Assembly: GCF_035565275.1 (NCBI RefSeq)
Contig: NZ_DATMST010000063.1
Span: 2,537-66,536, forward strand
Direction: 5' to 3'
DNA from: Sphingopyxis sp.
GTDB lineage: Bacteria; Pseudomonadota; Alphaproteobacteria; Sphingomonadales; Sphingomonadaceae
Length of the DNA: 64,000 nucleotides
This document shows, piece by piece, positions 31,573-42,100 of this stretch (within the stretch, counting starts at the first letter, position 1; each line of letters starts with the position of its first letter). Both the position numbers and the translations under genes were made by a program. The notes below the pieces were generated by a model. The model ran no database searches and had not been told where the DNA came from. It saw only the letters and a list, made by a program, of their open reading frames with translations.

Positions 31573-33828
31573 TTATGCGAGGGCCGCGTCGGCCCCCATC
31601 AGGTTCGGGAAGAAGCCTTCGTGGGCCTCACGCAGTTCGGCGAGCGTCACCTGATGGTCGCTGCCCTCCAGTTCGAAGACGATACGGTCCTTGATCGTGC
31701 GGCCGACCGGATCGACGGGCACGTCGGCGCGGCCGGCGGCATCAAGGAAGTCGGCGAGGCAGGTGTCGCAGACGGTGACAAGGTACAGCCCCTGATCCTC
31801 GCCGAAGAAGCTCTCGGCGACACCGAAGGGCTGTTCCTCGCTGATTAGGACGCCGATGTTCGACTTCAATGCCATTTCGGCGAGCGTCACCGCCATGCCG
31901 CCGTCGGAGACGTCGTGACAGGCGGTGATCCAGCCGGCGTTGATCGCGCCGCGGATGAAGTCGCCGGTACGCTTTTCGGCGCGCAGGTCGACAGGCGGCG
32001 GCGGGCCTTCCTCGCGGCCGAGAATTTCGCGCAGCCACACCGACTGGCCGAGGTGGCCGGCTCGTTCGCCGACCGCGAGCACGATGTCGCCGGTCCGCTT
32101 GAAACCGATGCCGACCGCCTTGCCCAGATCCTCGATCACGCCGACGCCGCCGATCGCGGGGGTCGGCAGGATCGCGCTGCCGCCGCCGGTCGCCTTGCTT
32201 TCGTTATAGAGGCTGACGTTACCCGACACGATCGGATAGTCGAGCGCGCGGCACGCCTGCGCCATTCCGTCGAGACAGCCCACGATCTGTCCCATGATTT
32301 CGGGGCGCTGCGGGTTGGCGAAATTGAGGCAGTTGGTGATCGCGAGCGGGGTCGCGCCGACGGCGCTGATGTTGCGCCACGTTTCGGCAACCGCCTGCTT
32401 GCCGCCCTCCACGGGGTCGGCGTAGCAATAGCGCGGCGTGCAGTCGGTCGACATCGCGAGCGCGCGGTTGGTGCCGTGGATGCGCACGAGCGCGGCGTCG
32501 CCGCCGGTCTGCACCGTGTCGGCGCCGACCTGGCTGTCATACTGTTCCCAAATCCAGCGGCGGCTGGCGATGTCTGGGGTGCCCAAGAGCGTTTTTAGAT
32601 CTGCCGCGACGTCTTTCGTCTCGGGGACGTTGGTCAGTTCGGGCTGCTTCGGCGTGGGGACGTGCGGGCGGTCATAGAGCGGCGCATCGTCGGCGAGCGG
32701 CGCGAGCGGGATGTCGCAGACGATCTCGCCATGATGCTCGAGCACCATGCGCCCGGTATCGGTGACGGTGCCGATGACCGCGAAGTCGAGTTCCCATTTG
32801 TGGAAGATCGCTGCGGCGAAATCCTCGCGGCCGGGCTTCAGGACCATCAGCATGCGTTCCTGCGATTCGGACAGCATCATCTCATACGCCGTCATGCCGG
32901 TTTCGCGCTGCGGCACGTCGTCCATCTTGAGGTGGAGGCCGACGCCGCCCTTCGACGCCATTTCGACCGACGAGCTGGTAAGGCCCGCGGCGCCCATGTC
33001 CTGGATCGCGACGATCGCGTCCGACGCCATCAGTTCGAGGCACGCCTCGATCAGCAATTTCTCGGTGAAGGGGTCGCCGACCTGCACGGTCGGGCGCTTT
33101 TCCTCGGCATCCTCGCCGAAGTCCGCGCTTGCCATGGTCGCGCCGTGGATGCCGTCGCGGCCGGTCTTCGAGCCGACATAGACGATCGGATTGCCGACGC
33201 CCGATGCGGCGGAATAGAAAATCTTGTCCTGCTCGGCGACGCCGACGGTCATCGCGTTGACGAGGATATTGCCGTCATAGGCCTTGTGGAAATTGACCTC
33301 GCCGCCGACCGTGGGGACGCCGACGCAATTGCCGTAACCGCCGATGCCGTGAACGACGCCCGAGATCAGATGCTTCATCTTCGGATGGTCGGGGCGGCCG
33401 AAACGCAGCGCGTTGAGGTTCGCGACCGGGCGCGCGCCCATGGTGAAAACGTCGCGCAAAATGCCGCCTACCCCGGTCGCCGCGCCCTGATAGGGTTCGA
33501 TATACGACGGGTGGTTGTGGCTCTCCATCTTGAAGATCGCGGCGAGCTTTTTACCGTCCTCGCCTTCGCCGATGTCGATGACGCCGGCATTTTCACCCGG
33601 GCCGCAGATCACCCAAGGCGCTTCGGTCGGCAATTTCTTGAGGTGCAGGCGCGAGCTTTTGTAGCTGCAATGCTCGGACCACATGACCGAGAAGATGCCG
33701 AGTTCGACAAGGTTCGGCTCGCGCCCGAGCGCGTGCAGGACGCGATCATATTCTTCCGGAGACAAGCCATGTTCGGCAACGATCTCGGGGGTGATGACGG
33801 AGGCGGGCGCGGTTGCTGTCTGAGTCAT
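31573..33828 (-). CDS. purL: Phosphoribosylformylglycinamidine synthase subunit PurL
   Basis: [48 protein letters not shown]. Confidence 0.98.
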   Translation of the reverse strand: MTQTATAPASVITPEIVAEHGLSPEEYDRVLHALGREPNLVELGIFSVMWSEHCSYKSSRLHLKKLPTEAPWVICGPGENAGVIDIGEGEDGKKLAAIFKMESHNHPSYIEPYQGAATGVGGILRDVFTMGARPVANLNALRFGRPDHPKMKHLISGVVHGIGGYGNCVGVPTVGGEVNFHKAYDGNILVNAMTVGVAEQDKIFYSAASGVGNPIVYVGSKTGRDGIHGATMASADFGEDAEEKRPTVQVGDPFTEKLLIEACLELMASDAIVAIQDMGAAGLTSSSVEMASKGGVGLHLKMDDVPQRETGMTAYEMMLSESQERMLMVLKPGREDFAAAIFHKWELDFAVIGTVTDTGRMVLEHHGEIVCDIPLAPLADDAPLYDRPHVPTPKQPELTNVPETKDVAADLKTLLGTPDIASRRWIWEQYDSQVGADTVQTGGDAALVRIHGTNRALAMSTDCTPRYCYADPVEGGKQAVAETWRNISAVGATPLAITNCLNFANPQRPEIMGQIVGCLDGMAQACRALDYPIVSGNVSLYNESKATGGGSAILPTPAIGGVGVIEDLGKAVGIGFKRTGDIVLAVGERAGHLGQSVWLREILGREEGPPPPVDLRAEKRTGDFIRGAINAGWITACHDVSDGGMAVTLAEMALKSNIGVLISEEQPFGVAESFFGEDQGLYLVTVCDTCLADFLDAAGRADVPVDPVGRTIKDRIVFELEGSDHQVTLAELREAHEGFFPNLMGADAALA

Positions 33829-33861
33829 GGCGCGCCTTTAGCTCCGACTGCGCAAAACGAA

Positions 33862-33895
33862 CAGACCCCATGATGCGAAAACATCATGGGGTCTG
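33862..33895 (-). terminator. Intrinsic terminator for the small secreted gene
   Basis: Perfect 14-bp stem CAGACCCCATGATG/CATCATGGGGTCTG, followed by TTCGTTTT on the minus strand. Confidence 0.7.
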
Positions 33896-33911
33896 CGGTC
33901 GGAGAGAGGGT

Positions 33912-34208
33912 TCAGCGCGAGGCGAGGGTGGTCGGCTCGATCTTGAGCGGTTCGACATCGCGGAGTGTGAAGCTTACCTGTTGCGAGCCGACGGTGCCGC
34001 GGACGCGGTGCTGGCCGACACGGAGCGTGAACGGCTTGCCGGTGCGTTCCTCGACGCCGCTGATCACGCGCGTGTCGCCGACTTGCGTGACGGTGTAGCT
34101 GTAGGTCGCGCCGTCATGTTCGAAACGCTTGACCGCCTCGTCCTTCGCCAGCGCGGCAGTGGGCGCCAGCGCGAACAGACCGAGGGCGGGAAGAATGAAT
34201 CTTTTCAT
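33912..34208 (-). CDS. Small secreted beta-rich hypothetical protein (98 aa)
   Basis: Signal peptide MKRFILPALGLFALAPTAALA; AGGA RBS; own terminator; buried at the end of a 556-aa shadow ORF in the track. Confidence 0.75.
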   Translation of the reverse strand: MKRFILPALGLFALAPTAALAKDEAVKRFEHDGATYSYTVTQVGDTRVISGVEERTGKPFTLRVGQHRVRGTVGSQQVSFTLRDVEPLKIEPTTLASR

Positions 34209-34351
34209 GATGCAAGTCCTTGTCAATGAACAACGTCGGTTGAACAAAACTTGCCTTCGAGCCCCTCTCTTCTTGTGCAGTGCAACATGACCGGCGCGAC
34301 GCGCGCCATCAATTGCAAAAAACAGAAGCGTGATTGCGCCGGGCGAAGGAG

Positions 34352-35014
34352 TCAGGCGCCGGCCGGTAGTCGCTGTCGCCGGTTTGCACCCGCCCACGCC
34401 GCGGTTCCGGCGAGCAGCGCATAGGCGAACAGCATCGTCGCCGGGACGGCAAGCGAATAGGCGGGTTCTTTGGGGCCAAACCAGTCGATCGCCTGCGCAA
34501 AGGCGAGCAGGCTCGCGAGCAGCCATGGTCGCCGGTTGCCTGCCGGAGCTTCGGTACGGCGCATATAACAGGCCAAGGCACCGCCGATCAGTGCGATTTC
34601 GAGCGGCATCGCGATCGCCGGATGATTCCAGAGTCCGAATCCGAATCTCGGCGGCATGCCATAAAGCGTCAGATCGGGGATATGGACGAGGAGGTCGATG
34701 AACCAGTGCGAGGCGGCCACCAGCGCGGCGCCGATCGCGGCCTCTCTGCGCTTCGTCGCGAACCAGACGAGAGCGCCGAAAAGCACGGCCCATATCAGCG
34801 TGCCGAGCAGGCTGTGCGTATAGGGCATGCGATACAGGTCCATCGGGTTCATCGCGGTGATGCCGGGGATGATCCGCATCGCCTCGATCCCCGGGACCAG
34901 CAAGGCGGCAAATCCGATATCGACGAGCTGCGCGGCGACGAACAGCGTACCGAGCCCAGCCGCCCGCGGGCGGGTCGCCATGATCAGCGCCGGGGCGAAA
35001 TGGCCGATGAACAT
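34352..35014 (-). CDS. Membrane protein, YdjM-like putative metal-dependent hydrolase
   Basis: MFIGH, THSLLG, SHWFIDLLVH motifs with several TM segments. Confidence 0.6.
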   Translation of the reverse strand: MFIGHFAPALIMATRPRAAGLGTLFVAAQLVDIGFAALLVPGIEAMRIIPGITAMNPMDLYRMPYTHSLLGTLIWAVLFGALVWFATKRREAAIGAALVAASHWFIDLLVHIPDLTLYGMPPRFGFGLWNHPAIAMPLEIALIGGALACYMRRTEAPAGNRRPWLLASLLAFAQAIDWFGPKEPAYSLAVPATMLFAYALLAGTAAWAGANRRQRLPAGA

Positions 35015-35096
35015 GGTGCCAGCCTATCGGGCCGCAGGGTGACGTCAAGCTCGACCACACTTGACCACGGGGGGGCGAAAGGGCCAAAGCAGGGAC

Positions 35097-35360
35097 ATGA
35101 CGGATACCCCCGACAGCGCAGCCTCGCCCGAAATCGCCTCGCTCTCTTTCGAAGCGGCGATGGGTGAACTCGAAACCATCGTGCGGCGGCTCGAAAGCGG
35201 CGACGTCAGCCTCGAGGAATCGGTGACGCTCTATGAACGGGGCCATGCGCTGCGCGGGCATTGCGAGGCTCGGCTCGCGGCGGCGCAGGCGCGGATCGAG
35301 CAGGTCAGCCTGGGCGCCGACGGCCGGCCCACGGGAACCACCCCTTTCGGCGAAAGCTGA
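35097..35360 (+). CDS. xseB: Exodeoxyribonuclease VII small subunit
   Basis: [33 protein letters not shown]. Confidence 0.95.
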   Translation: MTDTPDSAASPEIASLSFEAAMGELETIVRRLESGDVSLEESVTLYERGHALRGHCEARLAAAQARIEQVSLGADGRPTGTTPFGES

Positions 35361-35366
35361 TCCGTC

Positions 35367-36287
35367 ATGGCGTCCGTCGACAGCGAGGTTTCGCGCGGAA
35401 CGCAATTGCTCCTTTCCACCCAGGCTGAGGTCGCGGCGGGGATCGACCGATTGTTTGACCAGTTGCTGGCAGTGCCTTCTGATCCGCGCGGGCCGCTTTA
35501 TGAAGCGATGCGCCATGCCGCGGTCGCGGGGGGCAAGCGGCTGCGCCCTTTGCTCGTCCGCGCGGCGGGCGACCTGTTCCATGTCGATCGCAGGCTAAGC
35601 TTGCGCGTCGGCGCGGCGGTCGAGGCGATGCACGTCTATTCACTGATCCACGACGATCTGCCGTGCATGGACGATGACGACATACGCCGCGGCAAGCCGA
35701 CGGTGCACAAGGCGTTCGACGAGGCGACCGCGGTGCTTGCGGGCGATTCGCTCCACGCGCTGGCATTCGAGTGGCTGTGCGATCCGGTAACGAGCGCCGA
35801 CCCGTTTGTGCGCGCCGAGCTTTGCTGCGAACTCGCGCGCGCCGCGGGCCCCGCAGGCATGGCGGGCGGGCAGATGATGGATCTCGCCGCCGAGACGGCG
35901 AATTTCGACCTGCCGACGGTGACCCGGCTCCAGCAGCTCAAGACCGGCGCGCTGATCGCTTTTTCGGTCGAGGCGGGGGCTATCCTCGCGCGCATTCCGC
36001 CCGACAGCCGTACGCCGCTGCGCGGTTATGCGCGCGATATCGGGCTCGCCTTCCAGATCGCCGACGACATCATGGACGTCGAGGGCGACGAGGCGCTCGC
36101 GGGCAAGGCGCTGCACAAGGATGAAGCCGCGGGCAAGGCGACCTTTGTCACCTTGATGGGGCTGGAGCGCGCGCGCGAACAGGCGGGGCTGCTTGTCGAA
36201 CAGGCGATTGCGCATCTTGCGGGCTTCGGCGAAGAGGCGGCGCTGTTGCGCGCTATCGCGCGTTATGTCGTGGAAAGGGACCGTTGA
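35367..36287 (+). CDS. ispA: Farnesyl diphosphate synthase
   Basis: GGKRLRP, SLIHDDLPCMDDDDIRRG, GMAGGQ, FQIADD. Confidence 0.95.
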   Translation: MASVDSEVSRGTQLLLSTQAEVAAGIDRLFDQLLAVPSDPRGPLYEAMRHAAVAGGKRLRPLLVRAAGDLFHVDRRLSLRVGAAVEAMHVYSLIHDDLPCMDDDDIRRGKPTVHKAFDEATAVLAGDSLHALAFEWLCDPVTSADPFVRAELCCELARAAGPAGMAGGQMMDLAAETANFDLPTVTRLQQLKTGALIAFSVEAGAILARIPPDSRTPLRGYARDIGLAFQIADDIMDVEGDEALAGKALHKDEAAGKATFVTLMGLERAREQAGLLVEQAIAHLAGFGEEAALLRAIARYVVERDR

Positions 36288-36793
36288 TGCGGGTGGGGGT
36301 TTATCCGGGGACGTTCGATCCGATCACGCTCGGGCATATGGACATCATCCGGCGCGGCGCGAAGCTGGTCGATCGGCTGGTCATCGGGGTGACGACGAAC
36401 ATCGCCAAGTCGCCGATGTTCGACGACGACGAGCGCATCGACATGGTGAAGGCCGAGGTTTCTTCGATCGATGGCGATATCCGCGTCGTCGGTTTCAATG
36501 CGCTGCTGATGGATTTCGCCGAGCGCGAAGGGGCCACCGTGATCATCCGCGGACTACGCGCGGTCGCCGACTTTGAATATGAATATCAGATGGCAGGGAT
36601 GAACCAGCAATTGAACGACCGGATCGAAACGGTGTTCCTGATGGCCGATGTAGGCTTGCAGCCGATTGCTTCCCGGTTGGTCAAGGAAATAGCGATCTTC
36701 GGCGGCGACATCCGCAAATTCGTGACGCCCGCGGTGCGCGAGGCTGTCACGACGCGCATCGCCGAGCGCGGCCTTCGCCAAGGCGACGCGTGA
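36287..36793 (+). CDS. coaD: Phosphopantetheine adenylyltransferase
   Basis: YPGTFDPITLGH, RGLRAVADFEYE. Confidence 0.98.
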   Translation: MRVGVYPGTFDPITLGHMDIIRRGAKLVDRLVIGVTTNIAKSPMFDDDERIDMVKAEVSSIDGDIRVVGFNALLMDFAEREGATVIIRGLRAVADFEYEYQMAGMNQQLNDRIETVFLMADVGLQPIASRLVKEIAIFGGDIRKFVTPAVREAVTTRIAERGLRQGDA

Positions 36794-36880
36794 CACCATC
36801 CATTGAGCGTTCAGCTTTTTCCGGCTAGGGCGCGCCGGACGGGGCGCAATTCCGGAATGCTATACAGAGGCCGATCCAGT

Positions 36881-37687
36881 ATGAAATCTTCCTTCCGTCC
36901 CATGATTCTCGCGGCGATGGCGTTCGGTCTCGCGACTGCGGCGGTGGCGCAGGAAGCGCCGCCCGCACCCTCGCCCAACCCCGAGACGAGCCAGCCGGCG
37001 CCGCCGGTCGAAACCCCGGCTCCGGCGCCCGTCGACACGGCCCCCGCGACCGCACCGGCAGCAGAGGGAACGCCCGCAGTCGAAGCGCCTGCGGTGCCCG
37101 CGATGACGCCCGATCAATATATGGGCGTCCCCGAATATATGCTGAACCTCGACCTTTCGACGGGCGGCCGGGTGGTGATCCAGCTCTATCCCAACGTCGC
37201 GCCGAACCATGTGGAGCGTGTGAAGCAGCTGGCGCGTGCAGGCTTTTACGACGGGATCAAGTTTCACCGCGTTATCGACGGCTTCATGGCGCAGACGGGT
37301 GATCCGACCGCAACCGGACAGGGCGGATCGCAACTTCCCGACCTCAAGGCCGAGTTCAATCTGACCCCGCATCTGCGTGGAACATTGTCGATGGCGCGCG
37401 CGCAGAGCGAGGATAGTGCGAACAGCCAGTTCTTCATCATGCTCCAGCCGCGTTTCTCGCTCGATCGCCACTACACCGCCTTCGGCCGCGTCGTATCGGG
37501 CATGCAATATGTCGATGCGATCCATAAGGGCGAGCCGCCCGCGGTCATGTCGCGCATGGTTCAGGTGTCGGTCGCGGCCGACAACAAGCCGATGCCGCCG
37601 GCTTCGATGCTGGTCGAGACGGTGCCTCCGCCGGCGGTTCCCGCACCGGTCAGCGTCGACGAACTCAACGCCCCGATCAGGCAGTAA
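36881..37687 (+). CDS. Periplasmic cyclophilin-type peptidylprolyl isomerase
   Basis: Signal peptide plus Pro/Ala linker; [32 protein letters not shown]. Confidence 0.93.
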   Translation: MKSSFRPMILAAMAFGLATAAVAQEAPPAPSPNPETSQPAPPVETPAPAPVDTAPATAPAAEGTPAVEAPAVPAMTPDQYMGVPEYMLNLDLSTGGRVVIQLYPNVAPNHVERVKQLARAGFYDGIKFHRVIDGFMAQTGDPTATGQGGSQLPDLKAEFNLTPHLRGTLSMARAQSEDSANSQFFIMLQPRFSLDRHYTAFGRVVSGMQYVDAIHKGEPPAVMSRMVQVSVAADNKPMPPASMLVETVPPPAVPAPVSVDELNAPIRQ

Positions 37688-37710
37688 GCGCGGGGACGCG
37701 CCCGAAGACG

Positions 37711-38745
37711 ATGCGCGTCGACGCCTTCGATTTCGATCTGCCGAACGAACGTATCGCGCTGCGCCCAGCGCGGCCGCGCGATGCCGCGCGTATGCTGGTG
37801 GTCCACGGCGGGAACATCGCCGATGCCGGGGTGCGTGACCTGCCGACATGGTTGCGCGCGGGCGACTGCCTCGTCTTCAACGACACGCGCGTCATTCCCG
37901 CGCAACTCGAAGGCCGCCGGGGGGATGCGAAGATCGGCGCAACGCTGCACAAGCGGATCGACCTGCGCCGCTGGCAGGCGTTCGTGCGCAACGCAAAGCG
38001 GCTGCGCGTCGGCGAGACGGTCGATTTCGGCGCGGGGGTCGAGGCGCTCGCCGAGGAGCGGCTGGCCGACGGCAGCTTCATCCTTGCCTTCGGGGGCGAC
38101 GAGCCGGTCGAACTGCTGCTCGAGCGGGCGGGCACGATGCCGCTACCCCCCTATATCGCAGGCAAGCGCCCGACCGACGAAGATGATCGCAGTGACTATC
38201 AGACGATGTTCGCGCGCGAGGATGGCGCGGTCGCGGCGCCGACCGCGGCGCTGCACTTCACCCCCGAACTGCTCGGCGCGCTCGCCGCGGCGGGTGTCGC
38301 GACCGAGACGCTGACGTTGCACGTCGGCGCGGGCACCTTCCTGCCGGTGAAGGCCGATGACACCGACGACCATGTCATGCACGCCGAATGGGGGCGGATC
38401 GAGGCCGACACCGCCGCGCGCCTGAATGCGGTGCGCGCGGCGGGTGGGCGGGTGATCGCGGTTGGCACCACCAGCCTGCGCCTGCTCGAAAGCGCGGCGC
38501 AGGACGACAGCACGATCGCGCCCTTCGCGGGCGACACTGCGATCTTCATCACCCCGGGATACCGCTTCAAGGCGATCGACGGGCTGATGACCAATTTCCA
38601 TCTGCCACGCTCGACGCTCTTCATGCTCGTCAGCGCGTTGATGGGGCTGGAGACGATGCAGGCGGCTTACGCTCACGCCATCGAAAGCGAATATCGCTTC
38701 TACAGCTACGGCGACGCGAGCCTGTTGCTGCCGTCCGCGCGCTGA
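37711..38745 (+). CDS. queA: tRNA preQ1(34) SAM ribosyltransferase-isomerase
   Basis: [55 protein letters not shown]. Confidence 0.98.
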   Translation: MRVDAFDFDLPNERIALRPARPRDAARMLVVHGGNIADAGVRDLPTWLRAGDCLVFNDTRVIPAQLEGRRGDAKIGATLHKRIDLRRWQAFVRNAKRLRVGETVDFGAGVEALAEERLADGSFILAFGGDEPVELLLERAGTMPLPPYIAGKRPTDEDDRSDYQTMFAREDGAVAAPTAALHFTPELLGALAAAGVATETLTLHVGAGTFLPVKADDTDDHVMHAEWGRIEADTAARLNAVRAAGGRVIAVGTTSLRLLESAAQDDSTIAPFAGDTAIFITPGYRFKAIDGLMTNFHLPRSTLFMLVSALMGLETMQAAYAHAIESEYRFYSYGDASLLLPSAR

Positions 38746-38919
38746 GCAAAGGGGCCGGCACGGGTCCGAACATCGCGGATGATCGCCCTATTTTTCGCGC
38801 AACGACGAAATAGGAACATATGGCGAACATTTTCGCTTTCCTACATTATTCCGGCACCATAGCCTCCCCGACATCCGAAGCGAAAAGGCGCCCTTCGGGC
38901 GCGAATCAGGGGAAAGCCG

Positions 38920-39144
38920 ATGAAGAAATTTCGTCTGCCGGTGCTGGTGCTGGCGTTGCTGGGGATGGGGCCGGCGGCGATGTCCGCCGAGACGCTTGCC
39001 TACAGCTATGATGCCAAAGGCCGGCTGGTGAAGGTCGTGCGCACCGGCAGCGTGAACAACACTGTCACCGTCGAATACGAGCATGACAAGGCCGACAATC
39101 GCACGCGATTGAAGACGACGAACTCGCCCAATCCGCCGCCGTAA
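38920..39144 (+). CDS. Small secreted single-YD-repeat protein (74 aa)
   Basis: Signal peptide MKKFRLPVLVLALLGMGPAAMSA, then YSYDAKGRL...VEYEHDKADNRT, i.e. two RHS-type YD motifs. Confidence 0.8.
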   Translation: MKKFRLPVLVLALLGMGPAAMSAETLAYSYDAKGRLVKVVRTGSVNNTVTVEYEHDKADNRTRLKTTNSPNPPP

Positions 39145-39196
39145 GGCGCGTCGTTCGACTCGATGAAATAGCCTTTCCAACAGAGGAATTTCCGAC

Positions 39197-42100
39197 ATGC
39201 AAACATCACGCAAACCGGGCGCCCGCCGCGCCCGTCGCTTTCTGTCGTCCGCCGCATGGCTGCCGTTCGCGGTGCTGGCACTGGGCCTGCCCTCGCCGGT
39301 TCGGGCGCAAGACGCACCCGAACCCTATCGCAACGATGACGTCTATGGCGTTGATCTGACCACTGGTAGTTTCAACGTGAAGCTTCTTGAAGGTAGGATC
39401 GGTCCTAGCGATGGCGGTGTAACGTTGGTTCGTTATTCGGGCCGTGGCGGCTATGAAAATAACTGGACCGGAGTACTTAATCGGACCAACGTGGACGGCC
39501 AAACGCGTATTAACATCAGTTTCGGAAATGTGTCTGCCAAGTTTACTCTTGGCTCCGGAGGAGTGTGGACTTCGGACAAATCTGATGGGGCGACCCTCAC
39601 CGAAACGGTCTATGATCAAACGTACAGGGCGGAATATCTTTATCGGGCAGCTGACGGAGCCGAAGTTGTCTTTAAAACGACGCCTTTCATCTCGAACATG
39701 TATCCGACTACCGGCACTGTCACATATAATTGCGCACGAGGCCCTGCGTCGCATTGCGCACTGCCCGTCTCGATGAAGCAAGCAGATGGACAGAAGTTCA
39801 TCCTGTCCTATGACACGAGCTATAGCTGTTTGCCTGGACCGGTGGGCTCGCAAAATTGCTCGGTCGGCGTTGCCCATGGCGCACAGGTTTCATCTTCTTC
39901 TGGTTATGCTGTCTCCTTCGGTACTTCCGGAGCCACTTTATTCCATCCCGATGAAAGAACCTGCGCGGGGTTTAGCTGCACCTTCCCGCCTGACACGCCT
40001 CGCGTGACATATGCTTATCCAACTACCAACGTCCTCGAGGTCACGACGACGAACGGCGAGATATGGCGCTTTACCAAAGGTACAAGCGGGACCGGAAACG
40101 GCCGTATCGTGGGTATCCGGAGTCCAGGCGCAACCAGCGATACGACGGCGATCGCCTATGACAGCAGCGGCCGGGTCACGTCCATCACCGAAGACGGCGT
40201 GACGAAGACCTATAGCTGGGGGACGTCGGGCGGAAATACGGTGGTCAATACGACCGAAGGCGGAACCGACACGGGTCAGGTGGTTTCGAATCCGGCCGTG
40301 GGCCAGCCCACGAACGTGACCAATGGCGCTGCGCAGACTATTACTTACCAATATGACACGTCGGGCCGTCGTACGCGGACGACGATGCCCGAGGGAAATT
40401 ACGTCCACACGACCTACGATGCGCGCGGCAATGTGACCGAGACGCGCGCGGTCGCGAAGCCGGGAAGCGGACCCGCTGATATCGTCACTACGGCAAATTT
40501 CGACGCGGCTTGCACCAATCCGGTCAAGTGCAACAAGCCGAACTGGACGCAGGACGCGCTCGGTAACCGCACCAACTATACTTACGATCCGACGCACGGG
40601 CAGGTGACGAGGGTCCAATTGCCTTCTCCGACCGCCGATGCAGTTGGAGCCGAAACCGGCGTGCGGCCTGAAATCAACTATGGGTACACCGGCATATCGG
40701 TCGCGAGCGGCACCGTGCATAAGCTCACGCAGATCACGACCTGTGCGACCGCGGCGACTTGCAGCGGTACGGCGAACGAGACGAAGGTGACGATCGGTTA
40801 CAATGATCGATTGCTGCCAACGACCGTTACAACGGCTGCGGGCGATGGCTCGATCAGTTCGACCACCACCTATACCTATGACTGGCTGGGCAATGTCACC
40901 AGCGTTGACGGTCCGCTCGCCGGAACTGACGACACGACCTATTATTTTGGCTCGGCCGACTTACCAGCGGGCATCATCTATCCCGATCCCGACGGTGCTG
41001 GCCCGCGTCCGCGACGGGCGGAGCGGCGAAATTATGTGAATTGGACGACGCTCGAGTCGATCTCAATCGGCACAGTTACGGGTACAGCCCTGACCGACTT
41101 GACCGGCATGACCGCGCAGCAGACGATCAGCTACACCTACGACAGCAACAAGAATATCGTCAAGGACGTGACCTCAACCCCGTCGGGAACGGTGAGCGTC
41201 GTCCAGCACAGTTATGACGCCAAGAAACGGCGGACATGCACCGCGCTGCGCATGAACCCCGCGACGTGGAGCGCACTGCCCGCCAGCGCGTGCACCGCGG
41301 CGACGGCGTCGGCGACCTATGGCCCCGACCGCATCACGCGCACCAGCTATGACGCCAACGATCGCGCGACCAAGGTCGAAACCGCGGTTGGCACGGCCGC
41401 CGCCGCCGACGAACTGCGCGCAGCTTATACCGCGAACGGGCAGATCGACCATGTCATCGACGCCGAAAGCAACCGGACGAGCTATATCTACGACGGGTTC
41501 GACCGGCTGTCGCAGACGCGCTATCCCTCGGCCACCAAGGGTGCGAACAGCAGCAACGCGAGCGATTATGAGGGGCTGAGCTATGACGCGCGGAGCAGCG
41601 TGACGCAGCGCCGCCTGCGCGACAACACGGCGGTCGGATACAGCTACGACGATCTTGGCCGGCTGACCGGCAAGGACCTGCCGGGCAGCGAGCCCGATGC
41701 GACCTATGGTTATGACCTGCTGGGCCGGCCGGCGACTGCGGTGCAGGATGGCCAGACACTCTCCTTCGTCCATGACGCCTTGGGGCGGAAAACCGGCGAG
41801 AGCATTCCCTATCTGGGTGCGACGGGTTACGCCTATGATGCGGCCGGGCGGCGGACCAGCATGAGCTATCCGGGCGGCGTGCTGACGGTCAATTACGACC
41901 ATGATGTCACGGGCAATGTCACCGCGATCCGCGAAAACGGCGCGCCATCCGGCGCGGGCGTGCTCGCGACCTATGCGTTCGACGATCTGGGACGGCGTAT
42001 GAGCGTGACGTTCGGCAACGGCAGCACGCAAAATTTCACCTATGATCCCGCGTCGCGGCTGGAGACGTTGACCAATAATCTGGGTGGGGCGGTGACGACG

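Noticed and set aside
33540-33575. Short GEGEDGKK insertion in PurL as another repeat insertion
   Set aside because: No palindrome and no similarity to the repeat families; probably a lineage-specific loop
38813-38837. GGAAC-N16-CGCT upstream of the mini-YD/RHS genes as an EcfG promoter
   Set aside because: Mismatch in the conserved CGTT -10; a single mismatched site is easily reached by chance
39197-39260. Tat signal on the RHS protein
   Set aside because: RRARRFL does not fit S/T-R-R-x-F-L-K cleanly; kept as a signal peptide of undetermined type
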